From NCBI GenBank assembly GCA_002104905.1, contig MCFE01000168.1, positions 81,672 to 145,671 on the forward strand: a stretch of DNA of 64,000 nucleotides, given 5' to 3'. The position numbers and the translations under genes are program-made. Every line of letters starts with the position of its first letter. Position 1 is the stretch's first letter. The stretch is from Basidiobolus meristosporus CBS 931.73. Its lineage: Eukaryota; Fungi; Basidiobolomycota. The notes beneath the pieces are model-generated. The model did no database searches. It was not told where the DNA came from and saw nothing but the letters and a program-made list of their open reading frames with translations. Positions 36,247 through 49,500 of this stretch are shown here, one piece after another.

Positions 36247-36702
36247 TCAAACCTCGATTTCAACGAATTTGGACGAGTTCATGGTACAGGTACCGGGCTC
36301 TTTAGTGATGAGTCGGGTAAGCTTGGACTTCATCTCAGCTTCGTCTTCGGAATCACTATCGCTAGAGACGGAGCCCTTCGTAAATTTCTCGGCCAACCAG
36401 GCTCTGTCGACTTGACATATCTCGGCAGGGAAATTACCCAACACCTTCATGGGGTCGCTCTCCAAAAAGCCGACGAAGTGGTCGTTGGCTTTTTCAACGA
36501 CACATATACGAGCGCCCTTCTCAAACACTAGAGGATTCTTGGTTCCTTTATCACCAGCGAAATTCTCCATCGCAACCACACAGCTGATAACTCGACTGGA
36601 GAAGGCGTTGATGGTTGTCATGCCTTTCTCGGACTGCCCGGGGCATTCGGGAACACGGGTATAGGAGTTTCTGGGCAAACAGCAAGCGAAGACTCTGAAC
36701 AT
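36247..36702 (-). CDS. Small hypothetical protein with a degenerate SH3-like domain and an acidic tail, 151 aa
   Basis: VVAMENF...LVFEKGARICVVEK...VGFLE...GNFPAEIC follows SH3 spacing (ALYDY..LsF.kGd.i.v...G.fP.ny); N-terminal FACC. Confidence 0.6.
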   Translation of the reverse strand: MFRVFACCLPRNSYTRVPECPGQSEKGMTTINAFSSRVISCVVAMENFAGDKGTKNPLVFEKGARICVVEKANDHFVGFLESDPMKVLGNFPAEICQVDRAWLAEKFTKGSVSSDSDSEDEAEMKSKLTRLITKEPGTCTMNSSKFVEIEV

Positions 36703-38387
36703 TATGAAAGTCAGATGTGAGTTGAATATTTTCGAGCTAAACCTGGAGCATGGAAGTTATATAGGTGATCCCAATCTACCAATATTCCAATTTTGGTAGT
36801 TCTCTTTAGAACCTCATTATATAAGACTGAGTATCTCAGTATGATCACCAATCAGCACCCCATAGGAGGGTAGACCTGGTCTTACGCTCATTGATCTGAG
36901 AAATTGGCCAATATGATGAGGCCCATATGACCATTGGAGGAACACAGAATAATCTTAATGGTATGAGTGAAAGAGATGGCGCAAATGTTGGGTAACCAGT
37001 GGATTTGCTAGGGCCTCGTCGTCAGCGGTAATGCAGACACAATAGCGTATTGTTCGATATGAAACGAGGACTACGAGGCTAGGGATTGTTGGAGATGTAA
37101 ATTGATCGGATTCGAAACTAGCAGTGCCACTCTACCCATCATCTTCATTAATGGCGATGTCTAATTCGAGAGATACAATCATGGGCACACAAATACTCTC
37201 ATTATCCATACTAGGATCATGCTAACGGGATATATATTTATATACTCCAGAGTTATTTTATCCATCTTGCCAAATGAGGCGATCAGTTGTTCTTAGAAGG
37301 TGAGCCCAGGATCGCGATCTTGCGACAGGTTCTGGTGCTGGTGTGCGAATGGTAAGATTAGGAGATGTTACACCGCTCACCTCTAATATAGTTAATTCGA
37401 ATCTAAACTTACACTCTGAATCACTCACGTATTATCCATTGGGTAATGGGGTTGCTCTCCATACTCCAGACTCGCGTGGATACCAGCCATACTGCTTAAA
37501 CCATCTAGTTCATGGTGATTTGCAATTCTCATCTAAATCCAATCAATCGTAATTAAGTTTATTCGCTGTTCCAAAAAGTGCCCCATTCACGCTACCAAAC
37601 ATTCCAGGCTGTATTTCACACAGGTGCAAGTTATTAATAGGTTTGCGATGATGGTCGATTTGGTTGATGGATGTGATATCATCTAATTTCATGGATATGG
37701 AATTCTTACGCCATTCTCCATGTAATCCCAGCGTTTCCCCTGATTAACCAAAAATACCGAAATTTCCATGTGTGATTCACCGCTGCATTAATGACTTCCC
37801 AGCACTCTAGGATACCACTGCTGTTGGGTTTGGTTTTGCCACAACTATTACATATCGGTGAAATTCACGTGCATAGTAAGGTCTTGACTTGTAGATTCCC
37901 AAGATATCCTGTTTGCTGCCGAAGTAACGGATAGAGCAGTGTATTGTATCGCTGACAATCATCACCAATATTTTGTTGAGCGCTATGTAACCTTTGCTGC
38001 GCTATACCTGAAATTCCATCTAAACCTATTATAGTTGGCTCCGGTTACCTTGGTATCTTTATGGGTTATCATCGAAATCATGGAATTCGGTTCGTCTGAT
38101 GAAACGAGATCACGTCTGAATTGATATTCATGGTGTCGTGTATTTGGCTACTCCTTCAGAAACACACATGCCTGTAGTCAATGGCATTTCGAACTATTGA
38201 GATGGTCTGCGCCTCGTTGAAGTGAAGATTGGCCCAACTCCAATTTACTATGTAACGATCCGCTGGTAATAGCCACTTGTGTCATTAACACTTTCATTTA
38301 ATGTCGCCGGTTTCTTCATATTTCACCGCCTTGAGCAGAGCAAGTATGATGTTACATAAAATTGCTTCAAAATCGCGCCGTCATACA

Positions 38388-38483
38388 AAATTCAATAAGA
38401 TGATTAACTCTTTCGATAAATTTCAATAAGATGATTAACTCTTTCGATAAATTTCAATAAGATGATTAACTTTTTCGACAAAT
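38388..38483. repeat. Three tandem copies of a 31-bp unit (AAATTTCAATAAGATGATTAACTCTTTCGAT)
   Basis: Read directly from the sequence; the third copy has two substitutions and there are no spacers. Confidence 0.9.
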
Positions 38484-38799
38484 CCTGGCCAACTTCTTTC
38501 AATGGATGACATCATAAATTCCAAGTCAGCAAAGGAATCTCCTAGTGTATCAAGTGATCTGGCCAAATATACTTCGTACAATATATCCTATTTCACATGT
38601 AAGCTTCAATCCATGATGTCTCAAAACGTAACGCTCACCTGCAAGTGAAATTCACAGCCTGGGAATATGTGATATATCAGCCAAAAGTGTGGTTCTGAGA
38701 TTTCCGACCGAAATTCGAAATACACCCACTAATGACCTAATTACCTGATGATTTCGAGGATGAAATCACAGGTTTCGTGCTTGTCAATGTTTCTTGCCA

Positions 38800-39640
38800 C
38801 ATATTTTCGGGCATATTTAGATAAAGTACTCTGCTATGTTGAGGTTTATTGTCATTGCTTGAGATTTTTGGCAACTGTTGGCATCTTCATAATTCCAAGA
38901 AATTGGTGAGCGTTTTATGAAATTCACCAAAGTCCAAAATGCCCTAAAATTGGCACAGCCGATGATAGGCTCTTTCTCGAAATCCACTCTAAGGTACAAA
39001 CACTATATCTCCGCAAAAATGCTGCACAAATACTATTGTAATTGAGAGTAAGAATCTGGAAATGATTTGGGGCATAATTGAGTAATGTATCATCCAAGCT
39101 ACTCATATATATACCAAAGTTTAAGTGGCATCGTGAACTAGCCATGTAAATAACGCTTAGGAAGGCTTCAAGAGCATATGTACCAGGTATTTCAAATTTT
39201 GTATCTGCACCTACTTGAGCACTTGGATCATAACTTAAGACCCAATTATTTCCTGCTCAAATTCTTTGTAAGGAATTACATTGAGAGCTTTCATTTTCAG
39301 GGTCCTTGACATTTTGGTAAACACTCCCTTGGTAGTTTGGCAAAGTGCAGCTATATGTATTAGTGCTGTGTTTCACCTTAATAAATTACAGGTGCATTTC
39401 ATGACATTCTTGTTATTTGCCAAGTCATCCACAATACACTTGTATCATACTTTAACAGGTTATGAATGCTCGAAATTGCAGAATTTTTATTTGTTGCTTT
39501 ATTAGGCTCAAGAAAAGTATTCATGCTTGTAAAAGAGCTTTGTAAAACCAATGATACAAGTGTTAGGAATTGATATACAAAGCTTAGTAAAGTCCAAGAT
39601 CTTTGATAACGTGGCCATCAGAGAACTTCAAATAATATCT
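38800..39640 (-). pseudogene. Decayed coding remnant, possibly a Mutator-like (SWIM Zn-finger) transposase
   Basis: A minus frame reads YKCIVDDL...MKCTCNLLR*NTALIHIAAL, which is CxC...HIAA-like and broken by TGA stops compatible with CGA>TGA decay. The region is CpG-poor. Weak evidence. Confidence 0.3.
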
Positions 39641-39763
39641 TATAGGTAAAGCTCTGCATGAGTAATTCATAGCTTAGCAATAAGCCAGGTAAAGTTCTGA
39701 TATATATATAAAAGCAGGTTGGGTTCAGATAGTAAAAAAGAGACAAATCTTACAAAAACTGCA

Positions 39764-40111
39764 TGTTGCAGGATTCTAGGGATTATCGCATCTGACTTGG
39801 AGAAATAGAAGATTGCGGAATATTTACAATATTACGAACCTTATTCTTGCCTAAATTCTTTATAAGGATTGACTCAGAATATTTTCACCTAAATGTTAAC
39901 CGCCTATGATGTCAGAATACTTAGAGTTATCCAAGAGCCTTAAGCTTTGTACCAACACTCCTGCAGTCTCTCTAAGCATACTATTTATGCTTGTTTTACC
40001 AAGACTATGCAGCAGTATCAGTACCACTTTTATATATATTAAATTATCAAGTGAACACCATGTCTACTTGCTCTCCCTATCACTTGAAATATCTCCAAGA
40101 CTCTCATAGCA
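39764..40111 (+). mobile_element. Diverged solo LTR of the same copia family as 52495-55637
   Basis: Starts TGTTG and is about 348 bp. It shares blocks such as TCTACTTGCTCTCCC.ATCACTT..AATATCTCCAAGACTCT with the LTRs at 52495 and 54935. No clear TSD. Confidence 0.65.
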
Positions 40112-43100
40112 TACTAAACACTGGGACTACCTCTCCTAATCCCCTCTGATATCTCTAAAACCTTTGCAATAATTACTTTATAAATATCATCATACGCTGT
40201 TATTATGCATCTGGCTATGCATAACTGAAAGTCATAGTATTGGCACTTACACCAAGTCTTAGGGAGCCATATCCTGAGTAACTAATCAAATATCCTGCAA
40301 ATAATGTATTTTGCACTTGATTGTTTGTATATTTAAAACTGAGCCGTTGAAGTATGAGATATAGCTTGTTTGCTCTAAGAGTACTTATGCATTGCAAACC
40401 CTTCCAAAAGCCACCAGGCTTAAGCATACAGCTTTCTAAAGTATTCCGTAAGAGGTTATGCTTTTATATCTATAAACTCCACCCGTGTGTAAATAACCTA
40501 CTTATCCAATAGGTTCAGAATTGGTAAATTATCTTTCTCCGAGCTACTCCAAGTCACATCCATGATCACACTGGTACTTTGAACAGAGGATTTTAACAAT
40601 TAAGCAGCAATTGTGCAACAATTTGCAGACTGCATCTCTTGTCAGTGGGCTAGCATATGAGCATATGATAAAAGTCATTTGGTATAATCACTAGAATGTG
40701 CCATTGACGATTAGTAAGAGTTTGTAGACCGATGCAAGATATTGCGCATCATCCATCTGAGCGTATATGCGGTTCCAAAGGCTCAAGGACAATACCTTAC
40801 AAAATGACTTTCTACAATGTTGACCAGGTATAAAATGTATAAACTATTGAATAACGAGATGCTAGATTAGTTATATCAATAAGAAGTTGCCAATACTTAT
40901 AAAAATGGCAGAGGTTCAAATGAAGCCTATTTCCCTTGAGATACTGGCTCACTACGCACAGAGAGCTATCATGTGAAGGCACATGTATTTATATCTTGTC
41001 AGATAGTCTGGTGACGTATAGATTACGGTAAATTCTAAGGATTCCGTAAAATAGCGACGGTCAAGTATGCCGCCAATGCTACGGTGAGAATATGTGATTG
41101 CATGTACAAACGATAGTGAAAACCGCCTCGGTTACCTATAAATTAACCAGAAAGAGCCAATGCATATCAAACAGAAGTGTATCATTGGTAGAAAAGCAAG
41201 GAACACTGAGCATACGTAGCTTGTGAGCATCAACGGTGGTGATTCCAGGTAGCAGACATCAATAAAGGCGGCAGCAGTTTGCTAATAAAAGGAGGCTTCA
41301 GGTTGACAAGTAGTTGAACCAACTGTCAGTGTTGGTTGAGGAGCAAAGTGCCTGTCACCTACTCCGATGCCGATTTCCACGGAAATTTCGATGGATTGAA
41401 GTGTTTAAACCTTGTGATCAATATCTGTATCAACCTGCGCATTATCGCTGATGCAATGAGTCGGATGTTCCTCATGGGTCGTATCCGCCAAAATTCAGAA
41501 GGGCTCTGGAGAGATAAAGTGGTCAATACGGTTTTACCTTGCGAAGTATCCGCAGTGAGCTTTAGGGATGCAGGAGCCCTACCTCTTTCACAGTGGTTTG
41601 TACTGTGTTGATCAGTCAAAGATTGAGTTTCGGACGTATCAGATGAATTGTAACACATTGTGTAACATTAGTTCAGTGGTCATGGTTCCCATCTTGCCAA
41701 AGTGGGAGAAGAACATTGACTTGGGACTTCCAACTCTTCCCCCTTTGCTGAGGTTGAATCTCTGTGTTGGACTGCTACTGCTCCTATATAGCTGATCAAC
41801 ATGATTTGTTGTTGTATTGGGAATCCATATGTTTCGTTTTGGAAATATCCATGATGATGCCTATACTGAGCAGCCTATTCACCTATACACTTGCTGAACT
41901 GATTTCCTCATGGTGCTTAGGATGGAACAATAGGAACAAACAAATTCAGTTTCATGCATCGTGACCATCCATTATTGGTTGATCACAGCCCATATTCAAC
42001 AAGAAACATATCATCATCATCATATGTGATCACAACATATCAACAAGAAACATATCTATTCATCCAAGTTAAAAATGGTTTCCACTCAACAATTCGACAC
42101 AAATCTGCAACCGATTCTGTATGATTTTTAAGAGACCCAGGGACAAGATGTCCCCACCTTGAGACCACTCGGATCACTGCTGAATCAATCAAAGGTCACT
42201 GACGTCCCAAGGGTGTATAGAGGACCTGATGGTAGGTTGCTGGAACGACCAGCGTCATTGCGCAGGAATGATCACACTAGATTGAATGAATTCAGATTCG
42301 GGATATTAAAGAGTTCAAGAGTCGTACACCAGCGGCAATAAACAGTAACATGTAATTGTATGAACCACACCGCATTATCTATGGGCGGGGTGAGAGATAT
42401 TTGAGATCGACTACTGTGATTACATCATCTTCAGCTATTCGGAGGATGAAAGTTGTTTTCAGCATGGCCTACACAACCCCCACCCGGCATTGTTGTCGAA
42501 TTACGCATCACCTATCCCGAGTACCAAGCATGGTCCCCCCAAAGGTTCGCATTGAAGCTACCGGTTACATACCAGCAGATCATCATTGAAGAATAGCAAC
42601 CCATGCTCGCGTAAGCCAGGGGGTTCCCTAGTTCCTTCACCTCAATTCTTCTATCACAAATCAAGCCTGGCATGTGGATCAACACATGTTTTTCCAGTCC
42701 AACTAACAGGAAAAGATATCGTGAGACAGTGTGTCTGATCCGAGCTATGATGCCTTTACTACTGATGGTAATTTTTCATTCTTTTGCGAGCATTGAATGC
42801 CGGGATTGATTGTTCATAACATGCTCTGGTGTCAGATCGGCCAATCAGAGACCTTCGGATTAGGGAGTGGTAAAAGGGCATCGAAGAATGGATCTTCAGA
42901 CATTCTGAGCATCCAAATCTAACAAGAATTCGTCTTTAGGACTCGAGATGGATATATATGTCCAAGTTAAATGGAACGTTTTGGTCCCGCTCATGGCCAA
43001 GTGGAAAAGAAGCCGCCCAGATACCAAATATGTTCAAGTTAAAAAGAACGGTGCTCAGTGCAACTTGAAGTCGTGATGCCAATGAGTCAGAGATCTTCTT

Positions 43101-43385
43101 ACTACGACAACGTGGGTGTGATCACGGTTTCTCCCATCCACTTGATCAGCGAGCAAGAGATTGAGGGGGGGGGTCAAGTGCCCAAGATAGCTGGCCACCT
43201 GTGACCTCATCGTACGTATATGTAGCAGCTGGAAATGCATGGAATTCGGTTGCAGGAGAATGCGCCGGGAGGTTTATTCGATGTATATACAGTGGATGGT
43301 GAAAAATAATTATGCAGAATAAAGGAAAATACACACGGATAACGATAAATATATGATACGTCTATGATACATGATGTGTTGATGC

Positions 43386-44399
43386 CTATTGAGTGATCTC
43401 GAATTTTGGGAAGACGGGCTTGGTTGGGTCGGACCCCGACCTGGTCCGTAGGCGACTGAGTAGGCTGCCCCTGGGAAGGGGTCCTCCTTTGGTAAGCTGG
43501 GGACGATGATACGGTGTCACGCCCCTGTCAATGAGAGAGGCTTTGACGGAGGATTCCCGAAGCCAGCTTACGGAGCGAGACCGTTGTCTTTTCATTGTGA
43601 AATTGGATTCGAATCGCATCATGCCATTTTTACACTCTAAATGGTACTGATTATCATTCATCTCGATGTAGTTTCGAGGCTCGCACCGATCCTTCTGGGT
43701 AGCGTAGAAATTGCGATAGCCTCCATCCAGAACATAGAGCTCTGGAAAGTTGAGTCTTGGGTAATTGGCTATGTTTAGTTCACGATCCCGATTTCGAAGA
43801 TACATGGCCCTATACAACCAGTTTAGTGGTCTGACTTTTCCGTGAATAAACCAATCAAGAAGTGCTCTTACATTCTTGGCCCTCTCTGGGCAGAGAACTC
43901 GCAATGGAAGACGACGATGGTGCGGTCGGTGCTTCGAGTGGCGCTGAAGAAGTGCTCTTCCAGCTGGGACTTGGTGTTGAGATTGACGGCCCCTTCGATG
44001 TGGCCGCCCTCGTATTCATAAGAGAACCGACAATCCACTATTACGAGATTGTCATACAAGTCCGTATACTTTTTCATGATCAAATCGTTGAGCTGGAATT
44101 AAGAAGGCTTCATGAGTCACTGTTCTGCGCAACATGGTCTTACGATAGATACATACAGTATCGGCCGAAATTCTCTTCAAGGAATCCTCCTTGCTATTAT
44201 GGCAAGGCAGGGTGTGATACTGCCCCGAAGGATCCAGTACAGCCGACTTATTGGTGTTGGTGTAGAGGAATTCCTCCCGACTCAAGCACATGCTTTGAGT
44301 CTTGCGAAGCTTTGGTTGTGGGGCGGATGCAAAGCCATGAGCATCAGGGGATAAGTGGAGTTGTGGTATGGGGGAGGCAATGGAGTGATTAGCGTTCAT
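43386..44399 (-). CDS. cdc25: Second Cdc25/Mih1 phosphatase paralogue; introns 44093-44156 and 43810-43871
   Basis: KLRKTQSMCLSREEFL; SADT|LNDLIMKK...IVDCRFSYEYEGGHIEGAVN; HCEFSAQRGPRM|AMYLRNRDRELN...FPELYVLDGGYRNFY. Confidence 0.95.
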
Positions 44400-46564
44400 G
44401 TTCAAGCAGAAGAACACAATGGCTCGAGAGGTGATCAGTGATTTATTTTGGTGGGAATGGCATTGGGCTTTTATAGGTCATGCACCTCCTAGCAATGCTA
44501 CCATTCCCTGCTAAGCGCTTGATGTTCATCCCACTATTATTAAGATCAGTGCTACTGCAGAGGGATCAGCATTCCTCAGAATCGACATCAAAGCATTGAA
44601 GATATCTATCGACAACCCCATAAGTCGATTTTTTCTGATTCCCTTGGGTTAGCTCAGCTGCTACACAGATCATTGTGCAGCGTACGATGTGCTATAGAAT
44701 AGAAATAGCTTGTATACTTTCGATTGATGCTGGTTGATAGACCTTGATTCAAGTGAATGGAATAGGGGAAGAGATTCTTTAAATTAAGAGTTTGGATCAC
44801 CGTCCACCTGTAGAACAGAGCATGCTCCCTTATTTTAGGTACAATGAACAAGTTTCAGTAAGGTCAACTCGGAAATTGCCCTCAACATTCAGGTGCCGCC
44901 CACCCATTAGGTATGCCAAAGTAGATTTATTGTCACAATATTGCCTAGTGTGATGCCTGCTGATTGGCCACCTACTTTTTCCTGGGGGTATGGATGTTTT
45001 CGAGCTGGTGTCCTGACGATACGCCTGATGAATGTGGATAATTATAGAATGATCCGCCTGGTGGTAATGAATGGATCCCAACACAGATCCGAGACTACCA
45101 CACTGAAGAGAATGGATCCAGAAATACTTTGATGCTTGCATTGAATATGACATAAATAAAGTCTCTCTTTGCCATATTTGGTGCTGGTCCCATGCTTTAG
45201 CAAAACAACCCATCCAGCAATGAAGGATTCCGTCGTTGGAGAATGAAATCATCAGCGATTGGTGATGGCCGGCTCGCTGAAGCTCTTGGTCTGCTGCAAG
45301 CAGATTTGTCATTTTTAATCATGAATTATCCTGGGCCCATGCTATGCTGTAATGTTTACATCGTTGGGAGGATACCTGTGGCAGGGCTAGACACCATCGC
45401 ATCACAGTGCTAAGGGTTTCTCAACATAGGGATTTCATTTCGCTAGGGTTACGGATTTACCATATATGGATCACAGTCAATCCACAGGGATTTTATGGGA
45501 TGCACCGGCAGGCCAGCCTGGCTTTTATAAGCTCTAATACATCCAATATGAGCCTATCGATCGGCTGATCGGGCTATCCAATGAACAAACCTGCCTGGGA
45601 GTCTCGGTTTAATTAGCTTTGTGGAGGATTAAGTAATGCTAAGGAAGATCATGGGAGGTACTTGATTCCATGGCAGTTCGAGCTGAGGGATAATCCAGCT
45701 GTTAGGTTGACGAAACACACCAATCAGGATCAGGCCTAATCCGTACAGTGTATACCATGGCCATTTCTCATCATATATCACTGCAAGTGATGGTGATGTC
45801 GCACATCAAGCTAGATCGCTAAGCCAGAAACGTTGCTCGTGCGTTAGCAGCTTCAATCGTGCAGAGTATGAGTGGTGCATATATGCCGGGATGCCTTTCC
45901 GAAGAATCCGTAGAATCGAGCAGTGGATAAGGCGGTTGATTGTCGATTCAATATATGAATGATTGGTAGAGCGGCGATTCGTTTTCATATGGCCATCCTC
46001 GTTAATTAATTTCTGGACTGCTTCGTTCAGCCAGTACTAGTGTTCGTATACTTGCAAACAGATCTGGATTTAACAGATTGCGGTTGGGTGGCTGGGGCCA
46101 AAGGAGGATCCATTGAGGCTTGACACCGTTCTTCTGCGACAAGCCTCCAGAAGAATATGAAATCCCTGGGAAAACTGGAACGGACAAGCGATACCCATCA
46201 CCAGATCCAACGCTGGCCTTATTGTGTCAGATGGCTCTTCATTGTTTGATTCCAATCAGATTCATAAGCGGTTTCCTCTTGTCCAACTCATCAACCTGAG
46301 CGGTAAAACAGAAACCGAGAGGTTTGGTATCTTATTACCAGTAGGTCTTGAAAAGAACATGTTCTTGAGAGTTTCAGTTTCTACCACTTCCTTCTGCTTC
46401 CCAATGAAATCACTCATATAATCTCTAAACATTCAAGACTTTACTATACAAAATTTTTATGCGAGGTTAGGAGACATCTTTCTATAATACAGAGAATAGT
46501 AAAACACAGAGACTCCGATTGGTGAGAGGGGTAAAAGGCAACAGGATAATGATCCTCGAGATAT

Positions 46565-49500
46565 TTAGAAAAGAATTGGTTTGGGCGATTCACTGGGCAG
46601 GTGGTGGGGCTTTCGAGTGCGTCTAATAAGCTCTACTTCTTCGTCAGTTTCGGTTTCACTATCATCTTCGATTACAATCGCTTCCACTGAGGCTGGTTGG
46701 GTACGTTGATTAAGGCTTTGAAGCGGCGGGAACGTGGACGGAGTTGGACTGTTTTTTATATGTATATCATCATCATCGCTCAATTCGATAAGAATGGTGT
46801 TCTGTATAGGGCGTGGGTAGTGTGACAAAGGCGCTCGATTTCCACGTGGCTCAGGGTCATCGTTGTTTAGAATGGTGTCTACGATGCTCATCTTTTGCGG
46901 GCGGCGAGTGGTCTGGAGTTTGGCCAGGCGGTTATTACCGGTCCATATGCATATAATACAATATCGATACTGACCACTTTAAAGCTCTGTTCTGAACGGT
47001 CAACTGGTCGAGAATATACAGGGCCTGAAGGGTGAGAGGAGTTGTAGTCAACGACAAGAGTTGGTGGTTTCTCATAATAGCCATCTAGTAACGAGAAATC
47101 TTTTGTTAGCGTTGCGATTTGGATACAAGTAAGTTAATGCCTACCTTTTCTTGGCATGTTGTTGGGCTCTGGTGAGTAGCTGTGGTCCTCAATTGGAGTC
47201 ATGGAAGGGGTGCAAGTGACTTTCTTGATGTACGGTCTACTTGTGTTTCTATTTCTGGAGGCTTGAGAGTTGGCTTCGATGAATCTTAATAGCTGCTGAA
47301 GTTGGAGGATTTCCTGCTCTAGGCGTATGCTCATCTTCTCTGCTTTGTACAAATAAAACTTTAGTTGATCAGTGTCGTCGACTGTGACATCCCTGGAGGC
47401 GATGAATCGGTTAATCTCTGATTTTAAAGCTGAAGCACCATTCACAATATCCATAAGTGGGTTTCTTTCCTCTGGGATAAATTCCAATTGATCGGCCTGT
47501 CGTAGAAGGTGGAGTAAATCATCTAGCTTCAACTGGCGTGCTTGTGAGACTTTGTCACTGGTTCTACATCCCGAGCATTGGAAAATCAAACTTCCATGGG
47601 AACATTTGGCATTTCCCATGGACAGACGGGAATAATAGCTCACATTATCTAATATACTGTATAATACATTGAGGGTGTTTGAATCGAGTGCACATGAGAT
47701 GAATACGTCTTGGAGAGAGTTCCTCCAGTTTTGAACAGCATCCGAAGAGCGAAGTAGCAGGTTGAGTTCATCAGTGTTGACCGAGATCTTCTCAAAACTT
47801 TCTATCATACGATGTAGTTGCTTCTCGGTGGGCCTCTGCTGTACATCGGGGTTGGTTCCTTGTTCAAGTAAGAGGCTTGCCTCTGTGGCTACTTTCTGCG
47901 TTGACGATATTATATCTCTCACCTTCGCTACCTGGTTGGGAGTGACGATGCTATACTGTGTCGCCTGTAAAAGCTCTCGAAGTCTGTCTAACGTAATTAA
48001 ATCCTGCTTCAAGGCTTCGGTACAACGTTTATCCCACTGAATGGCACTCTCCAAAGCTTCTTGTAGTTGATTTAGAATGACGTCATTTTCGGGAATTTCG
48101 TGTTCTTTGGCAGCGTTAACTAATTCCTTGGCCACATCAGTAGAATGAGGGTTGTCATGAGTCGCCTGGGCCGATCTATACCAATCTTTTTTGCGTATCA
48201 GATTCTCTAGCAGGCTTAATTCTTTAATGTTGACATCAAAAGAGCTGCCTAATGTGTAAAGTTTCCGAAGTTCCTCAATATCGGCATTCCCATCAGCAAC
48301 AACCGCATCCACTTTGCTTTTGAACCCTTGAATTTTCTGCTCCAGTTGGTCAAGAAATTCCACCTCGGGTGAGTTTAGATTCAACGCTGCTGCTTCTGAG
48401 ATCAACTCCGATATGTATGTATCATCAAGCGAAAACTCCGGGGAAATGACAAAGTCGCTGTGGTGACGCGAGATGACTTTATGTGCTTGGCCAGACCATT
48501 GTTCTGCTCGCTCGATGAACTGCTTCAAGTAAGCAGCCTCCTCAATCTCCACCGGTATGTTCTCCGCATCAACCAGTAAGACTTTAAGCATCTCGATGGA
48601 TGGTATAGGGTTGTTCAGTAAGGCATTTTGTAGTTTTCGGACCCATTCAACCGGTATGTCAGCACGTTCCTCGACCTTGCGGGCCATATCTTTTAACTCA
48701 TCATCAGACCATCGCAACCGAAAGTATTTCCGGATAGCTTCACATTCACATTGCTGCAATGACGGATTGATAAGTTAAGGAGAGCTAAGGTCTTTTTCTG
48801 TTTCACTCTAAATGTCATCAAATGGCAAAAGGATACGTGTTCAAAATGATCGGGGCACAGCGTGGTATTTCCACATTCGCAGCCTAGTGAGGACAGGTAG
48901 CTGAATGCGTGGCAGTACGAGCATTGGAGCGAGCTCATAGGATAGTCGGTTGAATCTATGACCTCCCGCAAAGGGCTTATATTTGCTCGGACTTCATTAC
49001 GAGATTCCAGTTCGCGATCAACCATCTCTCGCAAAGCATGTCTCAGCCTACACAAGAAGTCCATCAGTATCCTGCAAATTCGATGTCTGGGGAAGGCGGA
49101 GAAATATACCAGACGGCAGTGCGGATGCTTTGATCGTCATTAGCGATGGTGACCAATAAATTGTCATGGGAGAAGTATGGAGATTTACGGTATTCCTTGT
49201 AGCGGTTGACACAAGACTGGCCAAACCTGTGCCAATCACTAGTTGCAATATTGACTGACTCGCCTAAATTAAACTAGATGTCGCTGTTAGTTATATTCGT
49301 AATCTAGTCTATTGACACATCAGGATGCTATCCCACACAGGGGCACATATAGACTTACACCATGGCTGAAGGAAGCATGATACGATCCAGGAAATGTGAT
49401 AACAATCTCGCCTTGTTGCTGATCGACGGCAAATACTTCAACCGAGTTGTCGATCAGAACTTTGGGCGATATCATGGCATGCAGACAGAAAGGGAAATCT

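Noticed and set aside
38388-38483. 31-bp repeats as a CRISPR array
   Set aside because: The copies are head-to-tail with no unique spacers, the context is eukaryotic, and there are no cas genes.
41300-42700. Possible gypsy gag or LINE remnant (a decayed CxxCGKxGH-like stretch near 41690-41720, minus strand)
   Set aside because: The similarity needs several substitutions and no second domain was found; too weak to call.
44830-45312. 160-aa minus-strand ORF
   Set aside because: It has no recognisable domain and an unusual His/Trp/Ser-rich composition. It cannot be supported without expression or homology data.
46565-46891. [14 protein letters not shown]... as a separate gene
   Set aside because: GT-AG introns near 47140 and 46970 join it in frame to the KDM5-like gene as its last exon.
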